Positions 29,201 to 43,194 of a stretch of 64,000 bases of DNA are shown piece by piece. Position 1 is the first letter of the stretch. Each line of letters opens with the position of its first letter. Location of the stretch: positions 7,649,027 through 7,713,026 of the forward strand of contig MU053652.1 in assembly GCA_013239625.1 (NCBI GenBank), written 5' to 3'. The notes under the pieces are model-generated. The model saw only the letters and a list, made by a program, of their open reading frames with translations, was not told the DNA's origin and made no database searches. The DNA comes from Lama guanicoe. Its lineage: Eukaryota. The translations under genes were made by a program, and so were the position numbers.

Positions 29201-31124
29201 GGTGCTTGTTTAGATGCTTCTCTTAACTATATTTGTGAGGCAATAGCAATCATTGTTCTATGAAAGCTCATGTAACATACTTGCTGCAGTATCACTAGCC
29301 TGAACTTCCATGAGATTTTTCTCAGTAGGGTTCTGTTCCCTCGCCTACCGAATGGTAACTTGAAACAATGCTCAAAAGTACATCTTCATTGTCCGATTCC
29401 AACTTATATCCCTGAATTTTATCTTTGGGAGGAGTGGAGAGCCTTATTTATAGGCTTCCTGTGCTGTGTTTCAAGATGATACTGTAACTTCACAAGGATA
29501 ACAAATATTTATAAAATTTCAGTGTATAAAACACACTGAAGACCTTGGGGGTTTTTTGTTTGTTTTGTTTAGTTCCAGTTTTTTGCTATAAAAGTTGAAT
29601 GTCAAATACAAATAAATATCACTGCATCTTCACAACTCCAAGTGACTTGGTGTGAGCTTCCACACGTCGCTTGCCATCCACAGGATACACAGCACCAGCC
29701 AAAGACGGGCATCAGCTGGAGGGGCACCCCTAAGCTTTGTCTGACATTTTAATAAGTTCAGTGCGGATGTGATCTACTTGGGTACTTGCTAAGGCAAATT
29801 TAGCTCAGTGACTATGTGGAGGCCTGACTCTTTTTTTAAGACTGGTAATACAGCTACAGTCTTATAATTCAGTGTTGGCAGGAAAAAAAAAAAAAAAGCC
29901 TTCTTTTTATCTGGATCTGTGCCAAAACCAGTTACCCAAACAGTACAAGCTAATGCACTAGTGGTTTCCAAAGTGTGAAAATTGGTACACGACCTGTTTC
30001 AGAAAGTGCCAATTATTATTAAAGCTTTCAAATTGTTTAAAAATAAACTTTTAAAATAATTAAACAAGAGCAAATCTGGGAATTCAGCTTAAATGAACGC
30101 CACAGTTCTAGAAAATGAGAACTGCTTAATCCATAGAGGTTTCCCTTTTGCTTTTTTTGATCTCATTTATCCACACAAAAATCGTAAATAGCGCTATAAC
30201 CTCTCCCTTTAGCACCTTTCTCTTTTTTTAATCAACTAGGTAATCTAAAGCTAAGAGATGTGACATAACTTTCCCAGTGTCACTCCCACAGGCGGCAAGA
30301 ATGCAGCAAAGGAGAGCATAAACTCCTGCTTCTCTGCCACCTGGTATCACGCCCCCCAAGTCCTCTTAGCACCCTGCAAACATGCAGTCCAGGGCTTGCA
30401 TGTGACAGACATTTATGACTGCCAAAGAAAACTGGGATTATGGTTTGACACTTAAAGAGAAACAATCTTGCATGGTGGTCATGTTGTGAATAGAGAAGCT
30501 TCTCGTTACTGGAGAGCTCTTGGCCACATTCCACTCCAGATGAGATGTCGAGGGGAAAAGCAACAGAGATCAATGGCATTAAGTCCCCAGTGTGCCCGTG
30601 GTGTTATTTTTAAAAGATAAGCTAAACATGCTGTGTTCTTGTCATTGCCGCTGATCTGCGTGTTGTCTCTGGGGCTATTGGCTGCAAGCTGCTACACCAG
30701 TTCATTAATCCAGCCCTGTTGAGCCGAACGTGAATCTTGGTGGTAAAAGATCACTATGAATGGAGTGTTCTCAGGAAACAACAGGTTAGAAAAAATTGTG
30801 TCGACTTTTAGTAACCACAGGGGTGCCCATATAACCTGATAGTAAAAAGGACACTATCTTGTTAAGACTGAATTATTTCTGGTTTTCTCTTTTCTGTCTT
30901 GCTCTGCTGACATTTCAAGTTGACGAACTTTGTCTTCAGTGCATCCTAATTCTAAGATGCTCCAATTGCTTCTTCCTTCTTTGAGAGTATTTTCCCCACA
31001 CACAAATAAAACCAGAGGAAAGGTATTTATTAAATATCATAACGCTAAAATGTGAGTGGTTTAATATGCATCATCTTCAGAAATACTCTTATTTTTAAAA
31101 AGAGATATATAGAAGGAAAAGAAA

Positions 31125-31315
31125 AAATAATGTTTATTGAGCAACAGTTATGCACCATGCATTGTCTTACATAAATTTTATACCAACCAATTTGAGGTGT
31201 CATTAGCCCCATTAGTCTAGAAAATTGAAATTCAAAGAAGTTAAGTGTTATCATACATGGAGTTAGTAGGTAGTACTAGCAGTTGGAAGGAAATAGAAGA
31301 GTCCATGCTTTTGAC
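31125..31315 (-). mobile_element. MIR fragment
   Basis: aatgtttattgagca ... cattagccccatt ... gaaaattgaaattcaaagaagttaagtg. Confidence 0.65.
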
Positions 31316-31445
31316 CTGACATCCTGGCAATTCAACCTATGATTAGAATGAATTGCTTAGGAAAAAAAAAAAAAAGGTAGACAAGGGAAATATGAATGAC
31401 ATTCTAAACCACTATTTACTTTCGGCAAAAAAACCCAAACTATGC

Positions 31446-31660
31446 CTGCAATGTCCAATACAGTAGCCACTAGCCACATGTGGCTATCTAAATTTAAATG
31501 TAAAATAATCAAAATTAAATAAAATGAAAATGTTAGTCTGTTGGTTGCCCTAGGCACATTTCAAGTGCTCAACAGCCACAGGTAACCACTGGCTACTTCC
31601 TTGAACAGTACACATATGAACATTTTCCATCTTCATGGAAAGTTCAATTGGACTGAACTC
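31446..31660 (-). mobile_element. MER3 (hAT-Charlie non-autonomous DNA transposon)
   Basis: tgtccaatacagtagccactagccacatgtggctat ... cacatttcaagtgctcaacagccaca ... gaaagttcaattggac; palindromic tagccacatgtggcta core. Confidence 0.85.
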
Positions 31661-31753
31661 TCCTCCAAGCTATTTCGGACAGGGTTAGATGAAGTAAGTT
31701 ATATTCTTACTCTTAATTCTGAAGATCCATAGCCTACTAAATTAAAATAAGTG

Positions 31754-31782
31754 GTGTGTGTGTGTGTGTGTGTGTGTGTGTG
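31754..31782 (+). repeat. (GT)n microsatellite
   Basis: Directly visible. Confidence 0.95.
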
Positions 31783-31996
31783 ATGTTTCTCTCTTGAAAG
31801 GAGAAGAGGGATGAAATAAAAGGAAAAAGAAAGAGGAAAAGCAGGAAGAATCTTTCCAATTATAATGAGGACAATTACAACAGGCTTTGTTTTGGATGGA
31901 AGGGTGATGCAAGACATAATTGAAGCTTGCAAGGAAATATTTTCTTGTAAAAGTAAACAACCATACTTAAAGAAGGGTCTAAAAGATAAACTCTAG

Positions 31997-32420
31997 GGAC
32001 TTCCACTTCTGGTCAAGATGAAGTAACAAGTGACCAATTCACCTTCCTCCTTGAAACAACCAAAAAAAAAAATAGACAAAATATATGAAACTTTAGTTTC
32101 AAGACACTAGACATCAGAAAACAAAGGACAGTGATCTCTGAAAGACAGAAAATAGATGAAGTAAACCCTACAATTGCCCCAGGTTACAGCTTGAAAGAGA
32201 ATCCAGGACATGAATCAAGAAAAGGGAACCTGGGCAGAGCCACACAGAGTAACCTGAGTTGAGGAGGCAGAGCTGAGTGTCCTAGAAGACCCATGCACAT
32301 GGAGTCTACAAGAAGAGAAAGCTGCCCAGAGGGAGAACTCTGCAGAGCTGCCGAGTCCACCTCAAGAATTCAGCCAAGTACTGACCAGCACATGCTTGTG
32401 AGAAAGCATCTCAAAGCTGG
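31997..32420 (+). mobile_element. Old L1 5' UTR fragment (L1MC-like)
   Basis: gacttccacttctggtcaagatg...tagacaaaatatatgaaac...aaaggacagtgatctctga resembles old L1 5' ends. Confidence 0.6.
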
Positions 32421-32710
32421 GTCATGCCTTTTCCTGGGAAGTCTATATGATGACTGACCTGAGTGAGGCAGGAGTCCCAAGGGGCAGCCCCTGTGTCCTA
32501 ACAGGATACAACTCTGATGGGCGTTATTCACTCAGAGCTCCCAGCCAGCTTGGCTGAAGCACTGTTGGGACTGCACTGCACAGTTTTACCTCCCCGGGGC
32601 CTAATCTTGCCTCCACCCTCTTTCTTTCACAGGTATTGGTCACTAATAGACATCTAGCATGCCAGACTTCATCTGAGAATCCAACTTTCCAGAGAATCCA
32701 ACTTGTGACA
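32421..32710 (+). mobile_element. ERVL LTR 3' part (LTR16-like)
   Basis: acaactctgatgggcgttattcactcagagctccc ... tttcacaggtattggtcactaatagacatct ... ccagagaatccaacttgtgaca ending in CA. Confidence 0.7.
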
Positions 32711-32714
32711 GAAG

Positions 32715-33015
32715 GAGACGATTCCAGGGTGACAAGTAGTTTTAATCTGGCTTGAACAACTGTGTGAATGATGGTGCAATTTATTGGGATTAGAATTATT
32801 TTAAGAAAAATAGGCTGAGTGTATGAACATGTGGGTGGACATAAAGAGTCTATATGATTATGTTAAGTTTGAGACGCCTATTGGACACTCAGTTAGGGAT
32901 GTGAAGACAGTTAGCCACGTGATTCTGGACCTCAATGGAGAAATCCCAGCCAGACATAAAAATATGGACATCATCAGCACTTAGGCAAAATTTAAAGCCA
33001 TGGAACTGGATGGAA
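32715..33015 (-). mobile_element. L2 fragment
   Basis: atgttaagtttgagacgcctattggacac ... catcatcagcacttagg...tttaaagccatggaactggatg. Confidence 0.75.
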
Positions 33016-33016
33016 A

Positions 33017-33310
33017 GAGTTTCCTAAACTGCTTGAAAACACACTAGAGGTCCCACAAGTATTATAATATATTTAATTGAAAAAAAAAGGAGTTTCAGGT
33101 TATGTGGATTTTGAGAAACACTGAGCCCTCTACCCCATTTGGGGGATTCACAGTGCATGTTTATTATCAAGACAAAGGTTCTGAAAGTTCTATAGAAACC
33201 TATTAGCTCTGTTTCACTTGGAATTCTCAATTATTTTTTTGCCATAGGAACTTTATTGGGAGGATATCCATCAACCTTTATTCTCCTGAATCACAGCTTG
33301 AGATTGGGGA
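33017..33310. mobile_element. Possible old hAT-Charlie MER fragment
   Basis: agagtttcctaaactg, tttgagaaacactg, ggattcacagtgcat, aaaggttctgaaagttct; family uncertain. Confidence 0.4.
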
Positions 33311-36137
33311 TCTAGACTAAAAGCCCAATCTAGAATTTTCACTTCAATTCAGATATGGAAAAAATTAGCAGACTGCATTTAAAATTCTGCCACGTTTGCC
33401 TGTATCTATATAGACTAGGCCTTCTAGGCTGTACTTCTGCAAAACTAAAGCTCTTTAATTTCCCAATCTTGATGTTTGCTGGTTTTGTTTTTCTTCTCTT
33501 CTCCTCCATCACAACTGAGCCAGATCACATGTCTAAAAATGAAAGTGAGGATGAGCCATAGAAACACGATGAGACTTAGCGGACAGCTCACCATTCCACT
33601 GGTCATGATACCCAAGGATCAGCTCTGCCTCTAAGCTCACAGGGTGGTGATCCTGGCCCAGTCACAACTCACAGACAGAGGAAAGTGAGCAGATGAATCT
33701 TAAGGGTCCTTCTGGCACTCACTTCACCAGCACAGATACTGAAAGGCTCCTTCTAGCTCTAAAATTATATGAAATGAAATAAATGACAGGAAGGCATGGA
33801 GAGAGCCAAAGACACTTCACGAGCTTTATGCTGAAGAACGTCAGTATCTAAATCTTCTCTCCCTTCTGCAGCACATTGTGGTCATTTTATTAATACCTCT
33901 GGAATTGGAGATTAGAGGACATCCTTGACTAGTATTTTACTAGTTGTAAGCAGACATTTTTTTAAAAAGGTTACCGGTGAAAATGAAATTTGCAGATTCA
34001 CATCATTCCCCGTATCACAATGAAGACATCAGAATTACCTATGATTGCTTTCCACTTTAAGCTTATGGTTTCTGGAGTTCTAGAGATACCTATATTTCTT
34101 GCTGCTAAATATAATGTCAGACTTACAGATTAATGAAATTTTCCTTAAACGTCAACAATGTTCATAGGAGGCCTAGCATTTAATAGTGAATATGCTCTAA
34201 TCCTCTCAAAGAGAATTAATACTTGAGAAATGTAAAAAAGACATATAGAAAATAAATGCCTTATATCATAGGAGATCCAGCTTTAAATCTAGAAGGCCCA
34301 AGTGCCACTGAAAGGACATATATGGAAATTGAGATCATTACTGCATAGAATTCATCAATTTCAGACAAAGATAACCCCAAAGTATAAAGCATCCCCCAAA
34401 TCCTCATATATTCTCTTTAAAAATAACAAAGCCAGGTACTAACACAGGGTTTTTTCCCCTATCACTTGATTTTTATTCTTCTATGATAGATGGACAAGTC
34501 TCACATGACATACCAAGCATATGTACCAAGTAAATGACCAAAGACATGAGTCCAGGCCTGGACTATGCAACACAGACATAAAAGTCACACTCATGTTCCC
34601 TGATGCCATGCCTATCAGAAGGCACAGGTACTGGGTTTTTTTTTTTAACTAAAAAGATACATTCCACTTGTCCAAACATTTATTCTGTAGAAAACCATGA
34701 TGCTTTGGCATCATGCAGCCTCAGTCTGAGAGAGACAAATGGTTTAGAAGACAAAACTTAAGAGGACATTTCATATATTCAGTAGAGGAATCGAATTCTA
34801 GCCAGCAGGGGAAACCCTAGGAAATCTTAGTGTAAAACATTTCAAACAGACTTATTTTGGGAGAGTAATTATAAGTGGAGAATGTTTCCTAAACCCAAGG
34901 TCAGACTTCCTTCTGTGAATAGACAAAGAATTCCAGGGGACAATCAAAATAAACTAATCCACCCTGCACCCCGAGTTAGTACGCGGAAAGCGTTCTCAGC
35001 TGCTGAGCGGGTACAGGTGCCAGGGGCAGAGCACAGTGACAGGGTGGCCAAGGTCCCAGGGTGAAGCAGAAGATCTCTCTGGAGTGGAAAAGGCCTGAAA
35101 CCTCAGGCAGCAATGGAAGAAAGAGGGTCTAAAACTAGCAATGACCAGCGGATGGGTTCGATGAGCAGAGCTTGCCAAAAATGAGATGATCTTTGAAGGA
35201 TACTTAACAGACTGCAAGAAAAAATCAAATACTTTGCATAGCATTTCATAAGCCTACTGTGTAAACTATCTCATGAACCAAGGTTAATAATGGAACTGAA
35301 CTTAGCATTAGGACTTACGAATAAAGCATTGTAACTTTAAGCAATATAATTTTTAATGTATATTTGTATTTTTAATTTCTTCTCTCCATCATTTATAAGC
35401 AAAGAGAACTAGCATACAAAAGCTTTCTATTAAAAGTCTTAGAGTGTAATAACAAAGTAATTTCTTAGGGGGAAAAAAAATCCTCTGCTACATTTAACCC
35501 AGTAGTAATCTCAATCACATTTCAAAATTCTCTGTAACACTTATAGAAGCATGAAGAGGAAATATGGGGTTTGGTTGGGGTAGGGGGTAGATTAAAATTA
35601 TTTACATCATATTATATCATATTACGTTAAATTATATTACATTGTATCATATCATAGCATTTACTATAATTATATATTCAGACACTTCTCTGCTTATATT
35701 TTGCTTAAAGCCTGAGACAAATACTAGAGAAAATAAAAGCTGGCAGGCTTTTCTCCATCAGAGCACCCAGAACTGAGCTGCGGTTTAATAAGCTAGCATG
35801 TCAGAGAATGAAAGAATACCTTTTAATAGAAAGAAGTAACCTTCAGGCTTTGGGAGAGGTTTTCAAATAGAAAAGTGCTTTTTCACCAGAAACATAATAT
35901 TAAGTTAGAAAAGATCTGTAACACCTGCCATTCATCTGTGCTTGGGGAAAAAAGTAAGTTCAGCTAGGCAATAAAAGTGTGCAGCTTGGGCTGCATAGAA
36001 ATGATGATGGGGGCTCCACTCAGAAGAGACGGAGGGACCCCTTAGGCACTGACAGGAGGGCAGAAGGCAGACAAACAAACATCCTCATAAGGAGAAGCGC
36101 TCAGGAGGCTGCACTCAGAAAGTGCTGAAAATACCCA

Positions 36138-36144
36138 ACACACA

Positions 36145-36183
<39 letters not shown>

Positions 36184-36188
36184 AGAGA
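36138..36188 (+). repeat. Compound (AC)n(GA)n microsatellite
   Basis: Directly visible. Confidence 0.95.
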
Positions 36189-36939
36189 AAATAGTGCTAA
36201 CAGCATTTCCTTTTGTATGTAGAGTACTTTAAACACATCATTTCATTTGAGCTTTAAAAAAATCAGCTAAAAAGAAGTTACGATGTCCTTTGTACTAATG
36301 AAGAAACATGGGCTAGAAGTTAAGTGGTTTGTCCAAAGTCATACAATTTAAAAAGTTGAAGTACCAATATTGTATTCATTATTTAAGAATGGTCAGCCCT
36401 TCAAATGTCCATAGCTCTTTAAGCTAATCTACATACAAATAAAAAATATTAGCCTTTTGAGGATCTTTCTCAATTAATGAAATTAAATCGCTGTGATTAC
36501 CTTTCCTTTTCCCTAAGTACCATCACACTTCTGTCATCCCTTTGCTCACTCTTCAGCTGGTGATAGACTTCTGACAAGAAAGCAGACCTTGCATGTAGAA
36601 AGCTAGGGTTGTCTCCTGTTCACCCACATGGTCAGAACAGCTACATGAGGCGGCTGCCTTGTACAACGTGTCCTGTAACTGGCGGGGTACATCTGCCTGG
36701 TTCTGGGTTTCAGTTAACAGGACAAGTTGACTGGCATGCTAAACTACTTCTGCAACTTTGACTCTGTTATTATTACGGGAGTTCTCCTGGACACAGTTTT
36801 TACTCTTTGTCTTACTCCTCAACTTGTTATTCCCAAATTGAGGACAGGAATGCCATTTATTGAAGACTTACTCAGACACCCCAGTGCTGCCAACAACATT
36901 TCATTCTAACCGTGACTGCCATTAAAATTTAAGGACCAG

Positions 36940-37930
36940 GTATCAGGTTCTGGTAATGATGAATTGAGTACTTTGACCCACACTCTGAGTAGAAAAGCTC
37001 ATTATATCTATATACATATAATCTCTTTAGATGGCTTGAAGAGTTAAAATAATGAAAGCATTGCCCAGAGACTCAGGAAGATGAGCTCAGAGATTTGGAG
37101 ATGCTTTTCAACTTGCAGATTCCAAAAGAAATGTCAGAGAGAGGAGACTGAGTTGGATCTTTTGAAGTCCTTCTTAATACAGAAGTGTCAAAATTAGATT
37201 CAAAAGCTTTACGAATTAAAGGGAGGGACCAAAAGACTGCACCACAGGACTGGGTGTAAAGCAGAAGTTGATAGGCCCTTGTACAGATTGCAGCTGAGAT
37301 TTGAATCATTACAGTTCTTGAAATAGGACTGACAGTTCTGCATTGCTAGAGCCACCAGATACCTGGAAGGAGCAAACATAAATCTCTGTAGAGAGATAAC
37401 ATCACATAATAGACCTTAGATTATTTCTACAGACGACCTTGCAACTGTAAGCCCCAGCACAACAGAATATAAAATGGCACAAATTGACAGAAAGACCAAA
37501 AAAACAAGAAAAGTGAGCAAAATTATGGGTTGACAATGAACAAAAAAGTGTATATGAATGGCCAGAAATCATGAAAATATACCCAAAATACCTAGTAAAG
37601 GGAAGAGTACAAATTAAAAATGAAATAACACATTTCCCCACTGGATTGTTTCAAATTGTAGAAGTTATCATTTCTCTCATTGGCAGGGTAAATCAATATA
37701 CTAAAAAAGTCTGTAGTTAGAAGTGTTAAGTTACACAGACTTTTTTGGAAAAGCATCTTTTAACATTTATTAAAATTAAAAATATGCTTACTGTTTGGAT
37801 CAGCCCATTCATGGGACTCTATCCTATGGAAATAAAACTAACAGCATTTAAGGACATATGTTAAGGATGTTTATTTATTCATTATTCTTAGTGGCAAAAA
37901 GGAAAGTAAAGAACAGAAAAAAATCCTAAT
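36940..37930 (+). mobile_element. Old L1 fragments (5' region and ORF2 3' remnants)
   Basis: ggttctggtaatgatgaattgag, catacctggaagg-like and aaatctct motifs, ttattaaaattaaaaatatgc...ctctatcctatggaaataa...aaggatgtttatt. Confidence 0.5.
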
Positions 37931-37999
37931 TCCTTTGGAGCACATCTGAATGATCAGGAATCATGAACATATACTCAAAAATCTCTAGTAAATGGAGAG

Positions 38000-38640
38000 A
38001 TGTATCAATTTTCATAAGCCAGAAAATCATTTCCCAGAATTCCCTTCCCTGTGCTAGATGCACATGAGGGTTTGGCCACAAGATAAATCTGCCTGAGATT
38101 AGAAAGCCAGAAGGGAAGCAGTACTCATTACACTCTGAAAGCCCATACAGGTGGCTGGGTGCCATTACACCTTGCACATGGTATAGCTAATCTGTTGGCT
38201 CACCTTGTAGGCCTGGGGCAGCTGCCAGACCCACATCTACTTGAACTCCCATGGAATCTCCCCTTGAATGTCTCTGACTCCTGGGACAGGCACTTATGCA
38301 GCTCCTTGGTGAAAGTCACCAGCTTTTTCTTCCAGATCAACCACATCGCCAAGGTAAGAGATATCGAAAAGCAGATGTGGGTTCCATTTGATTTCATGGA
38401 TTCTAGTCGGTCTACACAGTTGCCATTTTTTCCTTACTCTCCCTTGCTTCATTTCCACTTTTTCTTCCTAACTGTTGGCCTACCTCAACTTCAGACTCAC
38501 TGTTTACAGAGGTAACCTTCTTCCATTGACTTCTTCACCAGCTTCCACAAACACATCAGGTCTAATCCTATCGTAAATCCCTTTTTTGTTATCACTCATG
38601 GCCATTTTGTTTCTCTGATCACACTCTAATTGATGAAACT
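38000..38640 (+). mobile_element. Ancient ERVL-type solo LTR
   Basis: catttcccagaattcccttccctgtg start region; 3' end taaatccct...atcactcatgg...tttctctgatcacactctaattgat. Confidence 0.5.
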
Positions 38641-40358
38641 CCTATTAATAGGAAACTGGAGGAAAAAATTAAAAACAGGTAAAAACAGAGACTACAAAAA
38701 AATTACAACATTAAATTTATGCAAAGTTGTGTGTTTACAAAGTTTTTAAAAAATTATATGCAGAAGTTGAAATACTTTCTTTCTAATTCCCAAGAGATGA
38801 TCTTGTACGTGTTTAACCAAGTATGACCTTATCTAAGAATACTACTTAGGGGTGGTAAAATGTCCTGTTATCTCTTGACTCCCCATTTTTTTAATTTTCT
38901 TTATATTGATTCCTTGACTTGATTAATGGAGAGACATCTAGGTTTTGTGTGATCTCAATCATATGTAATTTGGGGATGCTTTTTTTTCTTAAGCAAAACA
39001 ATACAAAACTGGGTCCTAGAATGAATGTATAGGTATTGGGGGAAGATATCATAAAAATTTATAAACTTTAAAAAGCTGACAAACAATATAAATGCAAAAA
39101 ACCCCAGAAAATTAATATAATTTAATTATTAATTAAATACCCTACACACTTCAAGGTTATATTTGGGGATACAGTCTCTCTGATTACCTCTTCATAGACA
39201 CCAATTTTGCAGAATCATTTTCTACAGAGAGAATAGGAAGCATGGCTGATGGGACTTAATTTATTATTAATAGTTCCGCTTCACAGCTCATGTCACATAA
39301 ACTTTCAAGACTGTTGTCAAATTTGGAGAATCTTCTATCCAGTTTCTTTCATATATGAGGCATAAAATTTTAAAGCTTATATAAGCTGTAATATTTGGGG
39401 GAACATCAAGTTTTGTTTTGCTATGACTACTCTTAAGGACTCTGAATTGACAGCACTCATAACCAGTTTGCTGTTGATGTCATTGAGTCCAATGGCTCAG
39501 TGTGGGTGTATAAGAAATTTTGGAAGCCAAAACCTCACCTGAGCAGCTAAAAAACACTGATGGGCAATATGACTGCAAACCACATAAATAAAATCCAAAG
39601 TTAAATGTATCAACAATTTAACTCTTCCCTAGGCAAGATGTCAAATATGCCTGTAGTCACTCCAGTGCCACCCATTTAAGGGGAAGTACGACAGAGTTGA
39701 GATCAAAATCATTAATAGAGACTGTGGTATTGACTGTGATCAAATATTCTGCTTTTGTAAATTTTATGAAATAGCTGAATACACTGTGAATGTCCCTCTT
39801 GAAATGGACTGTGGACATGATGATCCAGAAGCTTAAGTTCTGCTAACTTCATGGTAAGTCATGGTTAGTAACTCTGTCAAATGCAGGCAAGTTTCTGGCA
39901 AAAACTGAGACTCAACCCAAATGGACTAACTCCTAGTCCATACTTTCTTTTTTATTTTCTTTTTTTCAACCTGTGAGAAAGCAAATAATTTCTTCAACAT
40001 AAAGTCTTTTTCCCACCACCAGTCCTAAGTCAGTGAAATATTAGAGTTTTAGGATCCTGTTAATTCATAGAAATAAATCTTAGAAGCAGCTCATGTTACA
40101 TAAAACTACATACTTAACAGAAGTGGTATTTGAAATTTTAGATTAATAAATTATGCTACCATGATTAACATTGGTTAAATGAACTTCTCTGGCCTTGACT
40201 TCTTATCTGCAAAATGAGGGTCTCACTGGATCATCAATAAGTCCTTTTCTCAAACTAAAATATTATAACCATAGGCATGACTCTATAGTAAAAATTCCTA
40301 CAGTTTCCTAATTTACCTCCTTGACTCTGGTCTCTTCCTTTCCCATTCATCCTATACC

Positions 40359-41276
40359 NNNNNNNNNNNNNNNNNNNNNNNNNNNNNNNNNNNNNNNNNN
40401 NNNNNNNNNNNNNNNNNNNNNNNNNNNNNNNNNNNNNNNNNNNNNNNNNNNNNNNNNNNNNNNNNNNNNNNNNNNNNNNNNNNNNNNNNNNNNNNNNNNN
40501 NNNNNNNNNNNNNNNNNNNNNNNNNNNNNNNNNNNNNNNNNNNNNNNNNNNNNNNNNNNNNNNNNNNNNNNNNNNNNNNNNNNNNNNNNNNNNNNNNNNN
40601 NNNNNNNNNNNNNNNNNNNNNNNNNNNNNNNNNNNNNNNNNNNNNNNNNNNNNNNNNNNNNNNNNNNNNNNNNNNNNNNNNNNNNNNNNNNNNNNNNNNN
40701 NNNNNNNNNNNNNNNNNNNNNNNNNNNNNNNNNNNNNNNNNNNNNNNNNNNNNNNNNNNNNNNNNNNNNNNNNNNNNNNNNNNNNNNNNNNNNNNNNNNN
40801 NNNNNNNNNNNNNNNNNNNNNNNNNNNNNNNNNNNNNNNNNNNNNNNNNNNNNNNNNNNNNNNNNNNNNNNNNNNNNNNNNNNNNNNNNNNNNNNNNNNN
40901 NNNNNNNNNNNNNNNNNNNNNNNNNNNNNNNNNNNNNNNNNNNNNNNNNNNNNNNNNNNNNNNNNNNNNNNNNNNNNNNNNNNNNNNNNNNNNNNNNNNN
41001 NNNNNNNNNNNNNNNNNNNNNNNNNNNNNNNNNNNNNNNNNNNNNNNNNNNNNNNNNNNNNNNNNNNNNNNNNNNNNNNNNNNNNNNNNNNNNNNNNNNN
41101 NNNNNNNNNNNNNNNNNNNNNNNNNNNNNNNNNNNNNNNNNNNNNNNNNNNNNNNNNNNNNNNNNNNNNNNNNNNNNNNNNNNNNNNNNNNNNNNNNNNN
41201 NNNNNNNNNNNNNNNNNNNNNNNNNNNNNNNNNNNNNNNNNNNNNNNNNNNNNNNNNNNNNNNNNNNNNNNNNNNN
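40359..41276. other. Assembly gap (918 N)
   Basis: Run of N. Confidence 1.
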
Positions 41277-41859
41277 GAAAAAGATAAATGATTCATATAA
41301 TTAATTTCTCTTCTTTACCGTATGGCACTGAAAGGTGTACAATTCTGGGAACTAGACATTCAGCTTTCAAGTCTTAATTCTATTTTACTCTAAATGTAAA
41401 ATGCCATGAACTAGAAGAGAAGAAAGCTTGTCAATCTAAGTTAGATTTTTTTCAGAGTAGAACATCAGGTCACAGACTGTATCAAACACCTATCTGTGAA
41501 TAATTTTTTTAAAAAGCCACTAATAATCTAATAGGTTCAACATAATAGTGATTATCAAATTGAGGTTCAAAACAATCTAAGAATCAAATTATTAATTTAA
41601 CGTTTTATTGCCAAAGGCAATTTGGCAACTAAATTTTGGTTCTGGAAATTGAGTTAGATTAATAACTCGGTACTTGAAAGATAATTTTAAAAGTAATCAT
41701 TGCAAAGCATGTAAAAACAAAGATGTCATGGGCCTAAAAATTTAATTTTGTAAAATCAGACTACAGTGCAAAAGTTGAATGATAATGATCCCTGCTCTGT
41801 TTCAGTTTGTTTTTAAGGCTTAAAGTTTACCTTCTTTTGTGTAAAGTGACAAAAAGACT

Positions 41860-42030
41860 NNNNNNNNNNNNNNNNNNNNNNNNNNNNNNNNNNNNNNNNN
41901 NNNNNNNNNNNNNNNNNNNNNNNNNNNNNNNNNNNNNNNNNNNNNNNNNNNNNNNNNNNNNNNNNNNNNNNNNNNNNNNNNNNNNNNNNNNNNNNNNNNN
42001 NNNNNNNNNNNNNNNNNNNNNNNNNNNNNN
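41860..42030. other. Assembly gap (171 N)
   Basis: Run of N. Confidence 1.
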
Positions 42031-42226
42031 ACTCCGAGTACACAAGCCTAAACCCAGCCACCCCTCTGGGTTCCTCGTCATCGGGTGCTCCCTTGTGTGT
42101 GCAGGAGGTTCGTGTTAATAAACTTCTGTTTGTTTTGCTCTCATCAATCTCTTTTGTCAGTCTGATTTACAGTGTCCCAGCTGGACAACCTAAAATGCAT
42201 AAATACAATTTTTTTCCCCCAAAACA
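42031..42226 (+). mobile_element. LTR 3' part (ERV1-like), 5' part hidden in the gap
   Basis: R/U5-like sequence with gttaataaacttctgtttgttttgctctc...tcttttgtcagtctgatttacagtgtcccag; several retained CpGs. Confidence 0.6.
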
Positions 42227-43194
42227 ACAGAAAACTATGTCCTGGCCCCAACTCTTCATATTTTCATATATATAATACTTAATCCACTTGCATATTTAAT
42301 AGCTCATTTATGTGAAGTAAGCCAGATTCTTAACTACACAAATGTGTGAGCAGGAATACCCCCAACGTGAAGGTTGTGCCTTTCTTTTCACATGTTGCCC
42401 TCCCATGTCACCCTTGTACCATTATAGAAACATCTCCTCTGCATTTTTTTTCAATAAGAATTAATTTTAAAAGTCCTTCCTTATTTTTAGATTCAAACAT
42501 AGACACATTCTTTCTCTTTTTTTACCCAGCCCTTCCCTACTCCCCATCCTCATTTCTATCACTTTCTCTGCTTGAAACTTGTCTTCCCTTCTTAAATTCT
42601 GACTCCTGATGTTCCTGGAATCCAAATGTTTAGAAGACACTTTCATTAACCTGACAAATAGGCAAACCTCACCAAGAAACAGAGGAACATTTTATTTATT
42701 CAATCCACCATGAACCTGAATAACTCAATTATAAGCACTTTCTGTTCCATTCTCTTTGATATTTTCATTAGCCAACGATATTTCAAAGTCTATTAAAGTA
42801 AAATAAGTTCATTCAATGAAATGCCAACTAAATGTTTTTCTGGGTTTTTTTTTTCAGTTCCTTTTTCTTTCAAGTCATAAGACATTTTGAGCTGATGAGA
42901 GGTTTAGTATATGCCTCTACGGGTTCTTTAATGTAGAATTAATAACGTTTAAATGGTTCTGCTGAAAATATTAAACATTTCAGAATGTCTAATTAGAGAG
43001 CATTCTCTTTGAGTTGCTATTGTGCGGAACCATTTAATTACTGTTTGTCAGCTGATGTAATTGATAAAATGTATTCAGTTTATGGAATTTTTTCCTTAAA
43101 AAAACTTAGTGTTCAATTACTTTACATTTCTTCATCTACCAGCTAAAGAAATTGAGACCCTAGAAAGGCTAAGCGAGTTCACTCCTTCTGTGCC

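Noticed and set aside
40321..42118. Long ORFs (327, 314, 103, 84 and 82 aa) in the ORF track
   Set aside because: They are runs of X across N gaps, i.e. artefacts
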